A stretch of DNA of 64,000 bases, taken from positions 390,970 through 454,969 of the forward strand of contig CAWCTC010000001.1 in the NCBI GenBank assembly GCA_963798465.1, read 5' to 3'. The stretch comes from an uncultured bacterium (GTDB taxonomy: Bacteria > Patescibacteriota > Minisyncoccia > Phycocordibacterales > GWA1-40-21). The notes under the pieces are model-generated. The model was given only the letters and a program-made list of their open reading frames with translations, made no database searches and was not told the DNA's origin. Each line of letters starts with the position of its first letter. Position 1 is the stretch's first letter. Made by a program: the position numbers and the translations under genes. Positions 60,695-64,000 of the stretch are shown one piece after another.

Positions 60695-61720
60695 ATGCCG
60701 CCAGAGGAACAAAAAATAGAAGTTCATCATCCTTTTTTATTTATTCAATTTATAAAAAAGTTCAAAATAGTAATTCTGTATTCGATTGCCATCATATTTT
60801 TGGCAGTTATTTTTTATTTTTTATCTTGGTCTGCGCCGAAAAATTTTCCTTCTGGCGCGATTTACGATTTGAAATCCGGCCAGACTTTATCCGTAGTTTC
60901 TGATAATTTTTTTCAGCAAAACGTAATAAGATCAGAATTCTGGTTCAAATCTTTCGTTTATATATTTTCTTTCGGCAAATCAACTTTGATAGAAGGCGAT
61001 TATGCCATGCAAAAAAAAGAAAACGTGATTGTTCTGGCATGGAGAGTTTCGCACGGAGAGCTTGATATCCTTCCCATAAGGATAATAGTGACTGAAGGAA
61101 TGAATTCATATCAAATTGCCGATCTTTTATCCAACAAATTTCCATCTTTTAACAAAAATACTTTTTTAACTTTGGTACAGACTGAAAAACTTGAAGGCTA
61201 TCTTTTTCCTGACACTTATTTTTTAATGCCGAATATGACCGAAGAGCAAATCATTGAAATTATGAATGATAATTTCAATAAAAAAATCCAGACTGAAACC
61301 GCTGATATTGCAAAGTTTGGCAAATCCGAATCTGATGTTATTAAAATGGCTTCAATTCTTGAAGGCGAAGGTAGAACTATCAAAACGAGGGAAACTATTG
61401 CCGGAATACTTTGGAAAAGAATTGCACTCGGAATGCCGCTTCAAGTCGATGCATCTTTTAAATATATAGATGAAATGGATGGAAAGCCTGTTTCCACTTT
61501 TACATCCGATGATTTGAAAATTGCCTCGCCTTACAATTCTTATACGAATACGGGTTTGCCTCCGACTCCCATATCAAACCCCGGTCTTGAGACCATAAAT
61601 GACGCAATAAACCCCATTAAAACGTCTTATTTATACTATTTGACCGATAAAGACGGGAACATGCATTATGCGACGACTTTTGCCGAGCACGAGGCGAATA
61701 TTCTAAAATATTTGCAATAA
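60695..61720 (+). CDS. mltG: Endolytic murein transglycosylase MltG (YceG family)
   Basis: N-terminal TM; YLFPDTY, SPYNSYTNTGLPPTPISNPG signature. Confidence 0.8.
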   Translation: MPPEEQKIEVHHPFLFIQFIKKFKIVILYSIAIIFLAVIFYFLSWSAPKNFPSGAIYDLKSGQTLSVVSDNFFQQNVIRSEFWFKSFVYIFSFGKSTLIEGDYAMQKKENVIVLAWRVSHGELDILPIRIIVTEGMNSYQIADLLSNKFPSFNKNTFLTLVQTEKLEGYLFPDTYFLMPNMTEEQIIEIMNDNFNKKIQTETADIAKFGKSESDVIKMASILEGEGRTIKTRETIAGILWKRIALGMPLQVDASFKYIDEMDGKPVSTFTSDDLKIASPYNSYTNTGLPPTPISNPGLETINDAINPIKTSYLYYLTDKDGNMHYATTFAEHEANILKYLQ

Positions 61721-62296
61721 TTAAAAAGGAAGAGTGAATGTCATCGCCGAATCATCTTTTTTGTCCCAGTTTGAAGTGTCTAGTTTTATTTCCTTAATAT
61801 CTTTTCCATCCAAATATTTAAGAGATTTATTTTTCAATGCATATTCATAAATATCTTTTGTGATTCTGACATCTTCGGTGCAATATTTTATGACTTTATC
61901 TTTTTCTCCATTTCTCCACCAGACTATAGCTTCAAGTCCGTGACCGATTTTATTTCTACCGAGAGTAGCTTCGGCAACAGTGTCGAGTTTTATTCTTCTG
62001 CCAAGGGAATTTTTTATTTCTTTCAATAAATCCAAGCTTTTGATTTTAGTCAGATCTCCAGAAAAATATTTATTCAAAATCGGAATATCAAAGTGGTCGC
62101 TGTTGTAGCCGATGATTAAATCCGCTTTTTCAAAAATCGGCCACATTTCATTTAAAGTTTCCTTTGTGTAGCTTGAATATTTGTCGGTTTCATAATCATA
62201 AATACAGCAGACTGACATGTCCAAAGCGACTGGATCGTTTGAAGCGACATCCTGGAAAACATTGCTTGTTTCAATATCAAATACGACTTTTTTCAT
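61721..62296 (-). CDS. DEDD-family 3'-5' exonuclease (DnaQ-like, RNase H fold)
   Basis: VFDIETSN (Exo I), YNSDHFDIPIL (Exo II), C-terminal H...D region. Confidence 0.65.
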   Translation of the reverse strand: MKKVVFDIETSNVFQDVASNDPVALDMSVCCIYDYETDKYSSYTKETLNEMWPIFEKADLIIGYNSDHFDIPILNKYFSGDLTKIKSLDLLKEIKNSLGRRIKLDTVAEATLGRNKIGHGLEAIVWWRNGEKDKVIKYCTEDVRITKDIYEYALKNKSLKYLDGKDIKEIKLDTSNWDKKDDSAMTFTLPF

Positions 62297-62522
62297 CCTG
62301 TAAAGAAATTTTAATGTTTTGATAAACTCGACTTTTTTGATTAATTTGTTCTACGTTCGCAACTCTTAATTTTGTACCGTGTAGAATTTCACACAGGACA
62401 AGTTTAATTTATACTATTATCTATGCTAGTATTTTAGCAAATTATGAAATCGAAACAACCCTGCAAAGAATTTTTAAAGAATTCCTTATAATTACTTATA
62501 CACCAAATTAAAATTATTATTT

Positions 62523-63424
<902 letters not shown>

Positions 63425-63430
63425 CTTCAT

Positions 63431-63928
63431 ATGAATCCTGAGCAGACACAACAGAATACTGGAACTTCAGTAACTGAAAAAATAGAAACATTACTTTTTT
63501 ATAGCAAAGATTGGATGAAATTAAACATGAATATGAAAAGTTTTTCTTTTTTTGCCCCCTATACTCATTGCGATATACTAATTACAGAGCAATTTCTCTA
63601 TTTAATTAAATTACCGTCAAGTTTGTTTCGTAAGATTTTTTATTATGTATTGGTGCCAATGGGGAGTTTAAGATTTCTTCTATCTTCATTTGAAAAAACT
63701 AATGATAAAGTCCGAGCTCCTTATTTAGATTCAAATAAAAGGCTCATATCAAATGAATATGAAAAAATGACCATATTAAAAATTCCAAAAGAAAATTTTA
63801 AAATTAGCGTTCTTTTTGGGGCTATTCTAGGAGGTGTAGTTACATTTAAATATAATAACGATGAAATAATGCTTCAGGGAAGTAGTCTAGAGTATAATAA
63901 CCTGAAAGCTTATATAGAGTCTTTATAA
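63431..63928 (+). CDS. Hypothetical protein
   Basis: 165-aa ORF followed by a terminator hairpin. Confidence 0.4.
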   Translation: MNPEQTQQNTGTSVTEKIETLLFYSKDWMKLNMNMKSFSFFAPYTHCDILITEQFLYLIKLPSSLFRKIFYYVLVPMGSLRFLLSSFEKTNDKVRAPYLDSNKRLISNEYEKMTILKIPKENFKISVLFGAILGGVVTFKYNNDEIMLQGSSLEYNNLKAYIESL

Positions 63929-63932
63929 ACAA

Positions 63933-63964
63933 AAGAACGGCGCCGTAGGCGCCGCTCTTTTGTA
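63933..63964 (+). terminator. Terminator GAACGGCGCC-gtag-GGCGCCGCTC + TTTTG (same family as 235-266)
   Basis: Hairpin read directly. Confidence 0.7.
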
Positions 63965-64000
63965 TTGAATTTTCTAAAACCTACCAGCTAAAACCTAATA

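Overview
This is a low-GC (about 33%) chromosomal window with compact genes. Most of them lack Shine-Dalgarno sequences, and the core gene set looks like a Patescibacteria/CPR-type bacterium using the standard genetic code. Housekeeping genes dominate: rpsA, gyrA, murJ, rpmG, miaA, parB, rel, topA, dprA, serS, priA, murA, two mreB paralogs with mreC/mreD/pbp2, frr, rseP, proS, greA, lysS, the mraZ-rsmH-ftsL-ftsI-murF division cluster, rmuC, leuS, mltG and truB. RNA genes are an RNase P RNA and tRNA-Trp(CCA), tRNA-Leu(CAA) and tRNA-Glu(CTC).

The features I found that the gene list does not explain:
1. A tandem array of three small gene cassettes (an ORFan, a NYN RNase, a HicB-HicA pair) inserted at the 3' end of dprA. 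Each is bounded by a duplicated copy of the dprA 3' end, and no integrase is visible.
2. Five tandem TrbC/VirB2-like pilin paralogs.
3. Several dispersed repeat families: a 70-90 bp palindromic element, a hairpin plus TGATTYCGCARAATCAA motif, GC-rich terminator hairpins, and a 17-nt GAAGTACTCTYGTGGTG motif.
4. Partial duplications of the tRNA-Trp 3' end and the tRNA-Leu 5' end next to those tRNAs.
5. A nested perfect palindrome inside the truB coding sequence.
6. Eight small ORFan genes with strong GGAGG ribosome-binding sites, where the native genes have none.
7. Frameshift interruptions in gyrA (nine or more within about 1.4 kb), topA, serS, ftsI, leuS and one hypothetical gene. Five essential genes are hit, so these are more likely assembly indels than true pseudogenes, but they need read-level checking.

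No CRISPR array, rRNA or transposase was found.
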